Part shown: positions 25,759 to 38,584 of the stretch, piece by piece
Layout of the letters: every line of letters begins with the position of its first letter
How positions within the stretch are numbered: position 1 is the first letter of the stretch
Source of the DNA: Podarcis gaigeae
Taxonomy: Eukaryota
Direction: 5' to 3' (one strand)
Assembly: GCA_964106915.2 (NCBI GenBank)
Contig: OZ066923.1
DNA: 64,000 nt
Program-made: the position numbers and the translations under genes
The notes under the pieces: generated by a model
What the model was told of the DNA's origin: nothing
Seen by the model: the letters and a program-made list of their open reading frames with translations, nothing else
The model's database searches: none

Positions 25759-26205
25759 CTCCTTTGGTTTCCCACTTGCCTTCTTCATCTTGCATATCAA
25801 GTTGGGAAAGAAGCAAAATTTGGAAACCAAGTGGACTGGGTGGAAAGATCCATCTTGCTCCCTCCACCTTGCCCGAGCTTCCCCCGACCCCAGCCCCCAA
25901 ACAGGCAGCTCTCTGCAAGCCGTGGGAGCCCAGAGCTGGCTCCCGCTGCTTGCTGAGAGGTCCGCGAAGCCTGGACACGCTGAGCTCAGCGCGCGCAGGC
26001 TTCGGCATGCAGGCGACTCTCCGCAAGCAGCGGGAGTGTTCCCGCTGCTTGCGGAGAGGTCTGCGAAGCCTGGAGAGTGAGAGGGGTCAGTGCGCACCGA
26101 CCCCTCTCGCTCTCCAGGCTTCAGCGAAAGCCTGCATTCGCTCCTTTGGTTTCCCACTTGCCTTCTTCATCTTGCATATCAAGTTGGGAAAGAAGCAAAA
26201 TTTGG
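25759..26205 (+). repeat. Local duplication: copy of 24502-24818 inserted between 65-bp direct repeats
   Basis: 25824-26140 matches 24502-24818 (two substitutions seen); 25759-25823 matches 26141-26205. Confidence 0.93.
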
Positions 26206-29164
26206 TTGCCATGCAACCAAAGGACGCAACCTCTGTTGCATCCACATTGTGTCTTCTTTGTTTTCCCCCCTCAACCAAGAAAGATGCTTCTTATTCTCTA
26301 CCTCCACCCTCATTAGCAACAAACAAAACAAAAACACAGTGGCAACGGCTTTGAAGGGTACAATGCACCTGAACAGAGTGAGAAACGCACAGAGGAGTAA
26401 AACAGCTCTACTAGAATCCAGACAATAACAACATGTAAAATGAGGATCAGCTTTCCTTGAGCAAGCAATGGAATGAGAATTCTACAGAAGCATGGCAGGC
26501 TGATGAAAATACATACATGGTGGGGAGCTTCAGGTCCGGGGGCGGAACATGTCCTGCCAGGCCTCTCTATCTGGTCATAAGAATCCGCCCCAAGCCCCAG
26601 GCCCACCCCTCACTGTTCCTCACTGTTCTCTGAGTGCTTTTACCCATCTGACAGCGTAAGAAACTCAGCTATATAAGCAAGGTTTCAAATGGCACCTTAA
26701 ACCTAGGTTACGGTTGCCACAACATAATGTCTATTAGCCAGAGGGTTGGACTAGATGGCCCTTGGGATCAGTTCCAACGCTGCAGCTGTTTGATTCTGTG
26801 ATCTCAACCACATTGCTTGACTGTAGCTCACTCTTACAGCAACTCACTTGTCCCAGTATGCAAGAAGGAGAAACCCACACATGGGGAAATGGAAGTGGTA
26901 TTAACTATGGACTAAGGCAGAGGTTTTTTAAACTATGGTAGCCAACCTGTCGCCTAGAAATCTCCACGCAGTCACAATTGGACCTGTGCCAGTAGCAAAA
27001 TGCGCCTGGCGCCTGCCTAGTTTCGAACACTGGTCTGGAACGTGTCCCTGACCTCTACTTGCCTAGGTAGAGGATAGAGAGGAGCGGATGAGCGTGTGGG
27101 TAGAAGCTCCCCTACTGCAGAAAGGTAACATTTACATGCATTGCTCCACCAACTTCTGCCCCCAGCCCCACTTAACCACTGGCATGTGATCCTTGGCATG
27201 TTGTGGCCTATGGGCTGAAAACTTACGTATGCTCCTCTAAAGTGTGATGATCTGAAATGTTCCAGGCTGTAAAAACAAGAGAGGCCGAGCTCTGCCAATA
27301 GACAAAGGTGCAAAGCGGTCTCCGACTTTTGACGAGAAATACATCTTCAAAGCCTGCTGGGAGGCCTCTGGGAGGTGAGGGAAGTTAGACACAGAGTAGC
27401 TTGACTAGAATTTACCGGTAGACAAAAGTTTTACAAGCAGTTTATTCTCTCAGAATCCCCTAGCTCTGAAGTCACCCTCTCCTGATACAAGAAACACTAA
27501 CTCATGGGCAATGAGAAGCTCAACTAGTTGCAGGTCCCCTTTACCCCGTTTTATGAGTCTTGAACATAAATTCTGAAGTAAGGAGCTATAGAAACAACAG
27601 CTATTGAGGAAACTAAGCTTCGATTGTGCTTCCTGTTCTACTAGGAGATGCCTCCAGTTCCAGTTAATCACCATTGTTTTTCACTCTCTCTCTCTTATTT
27701 TTGCAGTTTATTTGTTGAATTCATTTTCTCCCCTTTCTTCTCATCTCTTTGTCCATTTCAGTTCACCAAGCTTCCCCTCAGGTGTGTGTTGGCAAGAGCA
27801 CATGCTGAGCCATGTTCAGCAACTCCCCAGCCCTCAGCCTCAAGACAGCCAGCACCCCTCAGCTTGGCCCAGTCTATCAACTTGCTGCTGATCTTAGACC
27901 CATTTGAACCTGAAGTTAAAAAGGCAGAGTGGTAACCCTGCTTAAAAAGTGGAGCTCACTTTTTTAAAGTGACATACAAGCAACATAAGAATAGCCATGC
28001 TGGGTCAAACTAAAGATCCATCTACTCCAGCAAGCTGCTTCTCAAAGTATCCAATCAGATACCTCGACTGGGGGAAGGAAGTGAGTTGGCAGTCTCTCTA
28101 GAAACTTCTGCCCAGCTTCATGGTAAGTCCAGCCCTGTAACCACAGCTAAGCTTTGCTGCACCACTGAACAACTGGTTTTCTCTTTCCTCCTCTGCCCTG
28201 TACTGTAAAATTTTTGACTTTTTATGCTCAAAAGTCCTAACGGCCATTTATATCCAAACTTGATTCTGCTCAGCAGTTTCTTTTCATTCAGAACATCATG
28301 CTTATGAACAGCGTGGTGCTGTAAGACACCACAATCAATCACAATACACTCTTCCCAGCATTTAAATAAGGAACTTTCAGATTTGAGCCAAATATAAGGG
28401 ACAAAAGAACCCACCCAAAACTTCACAGCATCTTTTAAAATGATAATGGGCACCTTCTTTGTATCACTTTGAGGATGCATGTGAAACATGGTTGTCGCAG
28501 GACAACAGCCATTCTAAGCGGCTCTTCCAAAGCTACCCAAACAATAAGACGAAGCCGTGAGCTACTAGTCACGAGATGACTAGCATCTTTCTTCTAGATT
28601 CTCACACCACACCTTTCCCAGTTCATTCTCCAACGCTGGCAGGTCGCTCCCATCAGTATAGACAATAAGTCAGATGGAACAATGGTTTGACTTGGAATGA
28701 GGCAGCTTCTGATGTTCCTAAGCACAATAGGTGTTTTTCCATTTTCTGAACCTGCTTAAAATATGTCTGTGCCACAAGGGAACGCAGCAATGATGTAAGT
28801 AAACGAGGGCAAGAAGGAGGAGAGGAAAGGGAGGGGATGATGGTAGATGCAGGCAGGCACCAAGGCCAAAGCTAAAGAACAAGAGAAAACAAAAGGGATG
28901 ATGACAAATCCAGTAAAGACTTTGGATTTCTTGTTTTTTTACTTATAGCTCAACTGCCACAAGGAACAATATGTTTCTTATTCTACATCCTATCTGGTCC
29001 TACCTTTAAGCAGAGTGAGGTAGCTACCTCAGGCAGCAGATACTGGGACAAGTAACATGCCCCTGCCCCTGGAGCCATTTCTCTTGAGCTTCCTTGGCCC
29101 TTTCTATCCTCCTAAGCTGGCGACTTCGCAGTAGCAATGTTTGCTTGTTGCTGGCATGAGTTGG

Positions 29165-29681
29165 TGTCATGACCCTAGAGACCAGAAGTGACCAAGCCAC
29201 TGAGTCAGAAGCTATAGTGCCACCAGTTGGGGAGCTGGACCAGGTTCCTAGCTCTGAACATGAAGCTGGCAGACAGGCACCTGCTGAACCAGATCCCACA
29301 GCACCAGAGTCTGTAGAAGCAGAGCCAGGACCCTTGTAGGCACTTCTCTGGGGCCAAGGAACTGACTGCCTCCCAGAAAGTGCACCAGGTGAGAGCCCAT
29401 GCAGCAAAGGAGAAGCATCGGTCTTCGGGTCAGTGGGTTGGCCTTTCAAGAACTGCAGTTCTTCAACAAAAAGGGCAGAGCACAGAAGAGGTGGAATTGG
29501 CAGCAGACACTCAGAAGGGTCTCAATTCACCTCCAGCCTTCAATGGAGAAAGTTGCTCACTAGGAGCTCTCCTTGGTGCTGAAAGAACTCAACCTGCCTT
29601 GTTCAGTGATCTCTTCCTGGGGAGCAGAACAAAACAGTAGGCCGGCCATCTTGCCTAGTCACCTTCTTGCAGCGCATCACA
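29165..29681. mobile_element. Possible solo LTR
   Basis: TGTCATGAC ... GCATCACA TG..CA ends around a compositionally distinct block; no TSD found. Confidence 0.3.
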
Positions 29682-31527
29682 GATAACACTGTTGGGAAAG
29701 GCCCCTGACCAAGGAAGGAGGTCACGCACTTCCAGCAGACATTGCACATGTGCACAGATTGCCCACTCAGCTGATGCATACTGGTGCTACCATTGCTACA
29801 TTATAGGCAGTGAGCAGGAACCAGTGAGCATGGTGTTGTAGGACATGTGCTGTGCATGCGCATGCCCTGCCCTGCCCTGCATACCCTAAATTTGCCAGCT
29901 GTCCCCAAGTGCAGAGGAGGACCCTGTCCCAATGCCAGAGTTGACAGGAAGTTTCAGCTGTCAGTCCGGTCAGACTGTATGCATGGAATGAAAGGATAGC
30001 ACTATCTTATCCATGATTCTGCCACCCACCTTTTTATTGCTTTAGCCGCCATACTTTTTTAAAAAAGCATGAGCAATTCATTTGCAATCTACAACTTTTA
30101 CAATGAATAATGGACAGAGAGCTTTCGCCACCCGAGGAAAAGAAAGAAACCAGTCACACTTTAAATTGCCACTACTAAAGAAAAAGATGGTGCAAGTAAG
30201 AATCTCATGGCATTATCTGGATTTCATTAGTGCACATAAATTGCAGGATGTTCTTCGTCTCTCCTACAAAACAGAGCCAAATTTCTGTGTGTTTTTTTTA
30301 AAATAAAACTCATGTTAATTCCCCCCACCCCCCGCACACTGGGTTTACAGGCCTGATGAGAACAACTGTGAGTGTACCCCCAGAAAATGTGAGGTGGAAA
30401 TTTGGAAACATATGCCTCATATAGGAAACTTTGTCAGGCCACTGTTACAGGTTGCAGCTGCCTTTTGGGTATACGTTCAAGCAGATGGGAGTTTGCAGCT
30501 GGATGCAGTGACTCAAAGAGTCCAAGTGAACCTACCTACTTGAACTGTAAGTGGATAAAAGGGCAACAAAAAAAATTACAATAGTAGCACCACCCAATAT
30601 TTGGATATTGAAGTGCTCAAGGTGCTTCATGTACGCTGCCCATGTTTGCACATAGAGCAAAGCCAAACCGTAGGTCAGTGCAAATGCATGGACTCTCCGT
30701 GAGGAGATCACACCCATTTTGCTCCTCCCTGGTCCTTTTAACTCAGTGCAGCACACCAGCCAAGCCAAGGTTTGGCTTAGCGTGTCATCCAGGCATGGGA
30801 TCCTAGTTAGGATTTGTTCTTGGCTAGAGCTCGTGGTTAGTAAAGAGAGAGTTTAACTGCAAGCCCAGGTTCAAACAACACACTAAGAGCCAAACCTTGG
30901 CTTACCTTTGTGTAGTGTGTGATTAAAAAAATGGGAGGGGGGGAGTAAAGCAGGTGATCTATACGCCAAACCCTGCAAGGTAAATCTGTATAAACACCTC
31001 TCATATTTCAGATGGGAAGTGGTTCCCCAATGGCTACCTAGGGAGCTCGGGGCAGAGATGAAATCTAAACTGGGGACTTTCTGTTTGCAGCCTTATTGCA
31101 ACTGGGGGCGGGGTGGGGCGGGATACAAATACATTTAAGTGAGATATCTGTATCTCAGTGGACATGGCCCAAGCCTGTCACGGTTCCCTCCACTACTTCT
31201 AATAGATTCCAGTGCCTCAGGCAACAATCAATCAATTTTTGGCTCCGTCCCTGAAATTAATTAGAAATCTCCTTTCCTTTTAAATCAGGTTCTGCCCAGA
31301 TTCCCCTCCAAAACCAGGGCTAATTTAATGCCAAACCCTTAGCAGGCACATCCACTGCCAGGAAGAGGTGAAAGAACAAGAACAGAAATGGGGGGAAATT
31401 TGAACATTCGCATTATACAAAGAGAACAGTAGGCAATTTACTTCACCCAGCTCAGTTTTCCGGTCTGTGAAATAGGAACGCCAACATCTTACTTCACAAG
31501 GTTTTAGGTAGCAGTAGTAATATTCCT

Positions 31528-32059
31528 ACTTCCGCCTGCTTCTTGGGAGAAAAGCAATGACAAACCTAGACAGCATCTTAAAAAGTAGAGACATCACCTT
31601 GCCAACTAAGGTCCATATAGTTAAAGCTATGGTGATGTATGGAAGTGAGAGTTGGACCATAAACAAGGCTGATCGCCAAAGAATTGATGCTTTTGAATTA
31701 TGGTGTTGGAGGAGACTCTTGAGAGTCCCATGGACTGCAAGAAGATCAAACCTCTCCATTCTGAAGGAAATCAGCCCTGAGTGCTCACTGGAAGGACAGA
31801 TCCTGAAGCTGAGGCTCCAATACTTTGGTCACCTCATGAGAAGAAAAGACTCCCTGGAAAAGACCCTGATGTTGGGAAAGATGGAGGGCACAAGGAGAAG
31901 GGGACGACAGAGGACGAGATGGTTGGATAGTGTTCTCGAAGCTACCAGCATGAGTTTGACCAAACTGCAGGAGGCAGTGGAAGACAGGAGTGCCTGGCGT
32001 GCTCTGGTCCATGGGGTCACGAAGAGTCGGACACGACTAAACGACTAAACAACAACAAC
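31528..32059 (+). mobile_element. Bov-B LINE, 5'-truncated
   Basis: ORF C-terminus ...ITLPTKVHIVKAMV...RIDAFELWCWRRLLRVPWTARRSNLSILKEISP...; (AAC)n tail; TSD AGTAATATTCCT at 31516-31527 and 32060-32071. Confidence 0.92.
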
Positions 32060-32539
32060 AGTAATATTCCTCCTGTGGCAAATAGAAGCTTCAGGTGGGG
32101 AGGACAATTTGCATCAGGACCATGGTGCTGCAAGGAGGATTCAAACCTGCATGCTCATGGGTCCCAGGTCCGATCACACACACACTCCACCCCTGGCAGC
32201 TATTTACAGTTTTAAAAAGATACAAGCAATGCCAATCCACGTGTTTAACATCACTTGTGGTTTAAACCCTAAGGAGCCAAGGGTGGCGAATGTACCCTTC
32301 CCTTCACATTTAAACCCACAACAACAACCCTGTGAGAGAGCCTATGCGGTAAGAAAGAACGGATGTCCCAAGGTCATTCGTGAGCTTTGCCACACAATAG
32401 GGATTTGAGGCACTCTAACCACCACAACATGCCAGTATTGGGCAACCTTCGTTACTGTGAGGTGTAATGAGAGGGCAGAACAGCTCTAAGTAAAAGCGCT
32501 CTGCACACTCTCAGGAACCCCGTTATACCACCTGCTCCA

Positions 32540-34680
32540 GCAGCGATCCCAGTCAGGAAAGCGGGGAGGAGGCGAAGTGGGGAAAGACATCCCCACCAGC
32601 GCAAAATGTCAAGGGCGCAAACTTTCCAAAGCTGCGCTTGCTGCGCCTCTGGCTACTCTGAAAAGAACCGGAGCTCCGGCTTCCTATTGGAGCGGGCGAC
32701 TTCTAGAGCGTGGGCGGCCCAATGGGCAGGAGGTCCTGCATCCTATGGAACGGACGGAATGTTCTGGGCTACGGGGCTCTGGACTCGGGTCCCCGGCCAG
32801 TTAGGAGGACAGATCCCTGGCAAGCTTCTCTGGCACTGACGAAGCCGCAAGAGTTGCCAGCTGTCTCGAGTCCCGGAACCTCCCCGGAGCCTCCTGACCC
32901 TCTTTCTTGGTCCGAGAGTCGACCGCTGCCCACAGAGTCCAGTGGAGACACCTGGGGACGCCCGGAGGCGCAACAGGCTGCCCCTGCCTACACCCGCCCA
33001 ACTCCAGGCACGAATCCCGCCTGCGGACCTTTCTGTGGATCCCCTGGCGGATCGGGCCGGCGAGTAACGGGGCTTCCTTTCTCAAACCCCCAACGCGTCC
33101 CAGTTCAAATCGCTCCCGTTCGCCCCCTTCCCCAACCTTCCCTCCTGGACCCCAAGATTTCAGCGGGTTGCCCTCTGCACGTGCCCAGAGGAGGGTTCCG
33201 GGGCTGCGCCTCCCCCGGGCTTACCTTGGGGTTGGCGAGCAGCTCGTGCTCGTCCTGGTGCAGCAGCGCCCGGGCGTCGGACTCGGAGTTGTTGACGTAG
33301 ATCTGGAGGCAGGGGTAGAGCGCGGTGCCCTTGCAGTCGGCGCCGCACGTGAAAGTGCACTCGAAGAGCTCGCCGACCTGCTGCACCGACACCACCGTGC
33401 AGTTGGCCGCTTTGCCCTGCAGGTCCTGCAGGGCCGGGTTGAGCCAGCAGAAGCCCAGGATGAAGAGAGACACGATGCCCGTGGCGATGAGGAACAAGCC
33501 CAGCCGGATGCTCTTGTCCTCGGCTTCGGTGTACTCGTAAGACACCCGGATTTTCGCCATCGGGATCGCGGGAGGCGGCGAGCGAACCAAACGGGAAGGC
33601 GGGCGGAGGAGGAGAGGGGCGGGAAGAGGAAAAGCAGCAGAATCGGCGAGGGGTTTGGGTTTTGCTTCTGGCTCCTTCGCGTCCAAAGCGGGGAAGCCCC
33701 GCTCCGTCCCGCCGCCGCCCGTTCGATCCCAGCTGCGGGACTAGCCCTGGCCGGGCTCCAGCCCAGGGGGAGGCGCCTGGGGCCGGCGAGCAGGCAGGGA
33801 GGCTCCCCTCGCGGCGCGCCAAACAGGCCTTGCAAGGCGGGAAAAGACCCGGGCGCGTTGCGCTGCGCTTCCCTACTCCCGAGGACAGGGGGCTTCCCCG
33901 GAGTCTGGCGGCTCGCGGCTCGCCTCCCACCGACTGGATCCGAGCTGGCTGGGAGCCTGGCGACATCTGCCACGAGGTAAGCGCCTTACGGCGGAGGAGG
34001 GAGCCCGAGCCGCCGCGCTGCCCTTGCTCAATCTCTTCCCTCCCTCCTCCCCACCCCAGCCGCTCCGGGGGGGGGGGCTGTAGGGCGGGGAGGGGGGCTA
34101 GCCATTGACAATCGGAGAGGGACCCAGGCAGGCAGGCAGGCGGCACCACCTCCCCCTCCTTTTCCCTCCCCCGCCCCACCCCCCGCTCCCTCATCTCCAG
34201 TGAAAGCGGACAGGGACAGCTCGGCCCAGGATTATCTCTTGTTTTAAGTCCCGGAAGTGGAGCTTGATTACTCGCCCCGATTAAGGGCGTCCGCAGGGAG
34301 GCAAGTCTTGAATGGGGGCAGCGCCACGTGCAGCTCATTCAAGCGCCTCCAAGCGTGGAGGGCGGGGAGGGACGCGCGGGAGTCGCGCTGGAACGGGAGC
34401 GAGCACGTGGCTCGCAGCAGGCGCTCGCCGCCCCCTCCAGGCCGGCTTGCTCCTCTCTCTTTTTTCTATGAAGGGGTTTTAGCCGCTTTAATCTCCTGGA
34501 AGAGACCGAGAAATCTCATTCAGTAATTTCTCGTTCTCCTCCCCCACCCACCCTCCGTGCCCTCCACGCCCGGCCGGCCCAGCTGGCCAACCATCAAGCT
34601 CGCAGCAGCAGCGACGGAAACCACATGCGCATCCCACTCGCTCTCTTTCGCCCGCGTAAAAGTTTCCAAACTGGAGCCGA
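32540..34680. promoter_or_regulatory. CpG island / promoter and 5' UTR of KCNMB4
   Basis: Abrupt GC- and CpG-rich block spanning exon 1. Contains GC boxes, ETS motif CCGGAAGT (34251-34258) and E-boxes CACGTG (34325-34330, 34404-34409). TSS not determinable from sequence. Confidence 0.85.
33225..33560 (-). CDS. KCNMB4: KCNMB4 coding exon 1 (aa 1-112), BK channel beta-4 subunit
   Basis: ATG at 33560-33558. Translates [40 protein letters not shown]...ANCT...YVNNSES...LLANPK. Donor AAG|GTAAG; 336 nt; N53 and N90 sequons present. Confidence 0.98.
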
Positions 34681-35422
34681 TGCTTTACATGTGCACTGGA
34701 ATGATTTGAAATAAAGGAATGCACGTTATAAAATATGATGGTGGTGATTTCCTGGCAAGAAAACTTTAGTATTACTATTATTTCAAAGTGTCGCCATCTC
34801 TTGGAATAAGGGTTTGCCTACAGGGCAGCTGGGCGGTGCCCCGTGCATATTCCCCCCTCTTCTTCCGATCGTTCAAATGGCAAATCCCGGGGCAAGATCA
34901 GCTCAAACTGCACAGTCCACCTGGGCAGCGGCGGGGGAACCTCGTTTTTTCTCCCCTGCACAATGCATAGTATCTCTCTCGAGAACGTCCCCTATCCACG
35001 CCCTGGGCTTAGGGCTACAGAACAACAACAGCCATGGGATAAAACAACCAAAATGTCCTTACAATGAAGGGAATCTAAAGCAACTCCAACAAACAAACAC
35101 AGCAGTACCATCCCAAGAGTCTGCTCCAAAACAAAAAGCCGAATATACAAAAACCCAGTGGCAGGAATTGCTACTAGCAGTAATGAAACAGAGGGGAAAC
35201 AGATTCTGGGAACTGGTGGCCTGGGTTTAATGGAAGAGAGTTCATCACAGGAAGCCTCAATTCCTGCCTCTGATTGGGTTAAATATTTCTCCAACCCGAG
35301 CCAGGGCCAGCCCAAAATGTTTTGCTGCCTGAGGCAAACCAGAAAATGACACACATTGGTTGGTTCACAGGCAGGGCCCTGCCTCTCTAGTGGCTGCTTT
35401 TTCCCTTTTCTTCCCTGAGGGA

Positions 35423-35644
35423 TAGGGCTGCCATATTTCAAAAAGTGAAAATCTGGACAGAAAAGTTGTTGGGCTTTTTTTGCAAAAAAAAGGGGGGGGG
35501 TTGAGCTGTTTTTAAGAGAAATTGCCAAAAACGACACTGCTGACATAGCTTTTCCTGGACTTTTCAGCAATTTCTGCCAGGACACTGCTACTGAAGACCA
35601 ATTGCTAGCTATGTCCAGGAAATTCCAGGCATATGGCAATGCTA
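35423..35644. mobile_element. hAT MITE (Tip100-like ends)
   Basis: TAGGGCTGCCATAT ... ATATGGCAATGCTA; imperfect 8-bp TSD CTGAGGGA/CTGTGGGA. Confidence 0.75.
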
Positions 35645-38343
35645 CTGTGGGAGATAGACCTAGCAAATGGGTCTTGGTTCACAGCAGCTGCATCTATCTC
35701 CCTCAGGTGTGGATCTGCCAGCCTTCCCATCTGTCCAGAGTCTGGCACCCAAGGCAGTCACCGCCTTTCGCCTCATCAGGCCTACAACAGTTAGAGGGGT
35801 CAGGCAAACTCCCTGTGGCAAGATAAGGGAACTCCAACAGCAGCAGCCACAACACATTCCCCACCAAGTGCTCAGTGGGAAGAGGGTCTTCCCTGTGGTG
35901 GCACCCCCAGATTTGGGATCCAGATTTCCTGGCAGCAGTGGGAGGGCACCGAGTTAAGCAGTGCTTTGAACTGTAGACGGCTGCATACAAACCGTACATT
36001 TAAAGCACGCCCCTTGCCCAAGAAACCTGGGAATTTATTGTTAAGGGTGCTGGGAATTGCAACTCTGTGGAGGGTAAACTATCGTTCCTAGTCTGGCACT
36101 CTAACCCACTCCTCCACACTGGAGATCATCGGCTCTGAAAAAGCTCACATGCTTTTATTGGGCAGTGGGAGCGGGGAGACCAGAGGCATAATCTGGATGG
36201 GCACTGCTAATCCAGTAGATGTTCCTGTTTGCACACAAGCCTGAGCTAAATCCAACTTGCATCTCTAAGAAGAAGTGATGGATGGAGAAGCAGAGGCAGA
36301 GCTGGACCAGCCTTGGTACGTAACTTACACACACACACACACATACATATACACCCTGCTGCATGATACAGAACGCTGCTTCCCACTCAGCAGCCCATCA
36401 GCATTCTTCATCCTTAACAACAGAAGCCATGACACTTAATTTCTCACCACGAGAGCCCAGCAGTACACTACAGGCAGTCAATAACCACTTTATCACTTGA
36501 GCTGGCCGCTATATTATAGATTCCCCCTTTCTGTGAACTCAGCTGACTACTGCAGTTCCTTCAGAATGCAACTTCGCTTCCTGGACTGTAGTTCAGGAAC
36601 ACATGTGCGGGGTTTGTTTTAAATCTAAAAGTCAGCAGTGTCAGGAATCAACATGGACCGACTAGGTCATAAGGAAGCATGAGTTCAGAGTGGATTTTTA
36701 CAGGCCAGAGTTCAGCACTAGATGTGGAGCGTGGAAGTGTTCAAAGAAAAGCATATAACTAGGCCTGCAACCCAGGACTAAGGACCAAAGGAGATGTCTT
36801 TGCATTGAAGATGCAACACAGGTTGCAGACACTGGAGGCTCAGCCATGTAGAGGGAATTTAACCCTTCCCCTCCTCTGAATCTGCTCTTTGTCAGGATGG
36901 GGGAAGAGATGCAGTGAGGCAATCCCCCAGACATTTAATAAGTTTCATATAAAGATATTGGCAGAAAATGTCAAGGTACTGTAACCAACAGCATGGAAGT
37001 TCCCTTCTTTTCCCCAGTGTTCCATTTTTAGGTTTTGTTTAATGATTTGGTTTTCATGCCACCCCCAAAAAGTCAATAAATGAACCCACGATTCTCCCTT
37101 TCACCTGCTATTCACACAAGCAACTGCGTAACAAATTTATTATAGCCCAAGATTTCATCTTATGGCCATATTAAATAACATTTCTCACCTTTAAGATGCC
37201 ACAAGGCTCTGATGTTTCCAGAGAAAAGTAATCTATCTGTACATGACATGTTTTCACCCCTACAACTTGTGCAATGCAGCAGAGGAAGCATATACAGTAC
37301 ATAGTATTATGAGGAAGGTTCATAATTCAAGAAAATTGTCTTCAGAACATGACAAAATGCAATTACTGGAAGCTTGCAAAGATAAGCTCATTGAGACAAT
37401 CTCTCTCAAAACTTTCTGAATGAATCTGTAGAGATTAGCACTAACATCTGGTTAATGCAAGATTTAGCCATTTTTGCAGTTCTTGTTCAAAAGAACAGTG
37501 TTTTAGTACATTATAAAACAAACTGGCATAGCTAAACTTTTGCAAAAGGAGAAGCTCTGCTGTATAACCATTGCTAGAAAGCTGGGCAAAGCAACCCCAT
37601 GGTCATATTAAAGACCATCACATCAACCTTGGACCTTTACATCAATGGAGCTAGCTAGCATCCTATGCTTCCTCTGCAGCATCAGAAGAAGAAAATCGCT
37701 CAAGAAGGGGAAAAAGAGGGATCAGTCAAATGAACTCATTCATGTACCTGCTGGTTATTTACCCAGCACACCTCTTCATAAATCACCCCCAACCTCCCTC
37801 ATAGCAATGCAAGGCTAATCACATCAACAGTAAATGGGGCAAGGAGAGGAGATAGACATTAAGCTGCAAGGACTTTCAAGCTTTCTCCTTGCTAGTGCTC
37901 CAATGGCAAAGCCACAGCTCGAGTGAAAATCCAGATGGCGGTCCCATTCGAAGAGAATGAGAGTCGGGGATGGTGAAGTTCCCTATCTGCTAAACATTGG
38001 AAAAGAGAGGCAGCTGAAAAAACAATCACAGGTTTTAATAGAGTTTGGAGGCAGAGTAACGCTGCCATGTCCCTTGGGATGGGCATAGGAATCTTGCTAC
38101 TTGTCTATCTTAACTCAGTATGGCCAACTCTTGACTGGCTTGGCTCTCAGCTGCCTCTTTTAAATGGAAGATGCCAAGAATTGAAACTGAGATCACTAAA
38201 CTATGGCTGGAGCTTCTGTATTCTGGTGAAGAATCACGACTGGCAAAATAGTTCGGGCCCTACATTTTAAGGGCAGCGACATTGGGGATTTAGCAGGAAT
38301 CCTCATCACCCAGCTAGTGTTTAACTCCAGATGTTTTCAAATA

Positions 38344-38584
38344 CAGTGGTACTCGGGTTACATATGCTTCAGGATACATACACTTCAGGTTACAGACTCC
38401 GCTAACCCAGAAATAGTGCTTCAGGTTAAGAACTTTGCTTCAGGATGAGAAGAGAAATTGTGCTCCGGCGGCGCGGCGGCAGCAGGAGGCCCCATTAGCT
38501 AAAGTGGTGCTTCAGGTTAAGAACAGTTTCAGGTTAAGAATGGACCTCCGGAACGAATTAAGTACTTAACCCGAGGTACCACTG
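38344..38584 (+). mobile_element. Tc1/mariner (Tigger-like) MITE
   Basis: TIR CAGTGGTAC(C)TCGGGTTA ... TAACCCGAGGTACCACTG; TA TSD. Confidence 0.85.

Noticed and set aside
24444-26354. Cluster of duplicated ORFs of 80-234 aa
   Set aside because: They arise from stop-poor GC-rich MITE palindromes and the local duplication.
33561-33686. 42-aa N-terminal extension of KCNMB4 in the ORF track
   Set aside because: Starts at TTG, not ATG; the known protein begins MAK at 33560 and gives the expected 210 aa.
32907-33980. 357-aa plus-strand ORF and other long ORFs over the CpG island
   Set aside because: Antisense or alternative-frame shadows of GC-rich KCNMB4 exon 1; low-complexity R/G/P/A composition with no recognisable domain.
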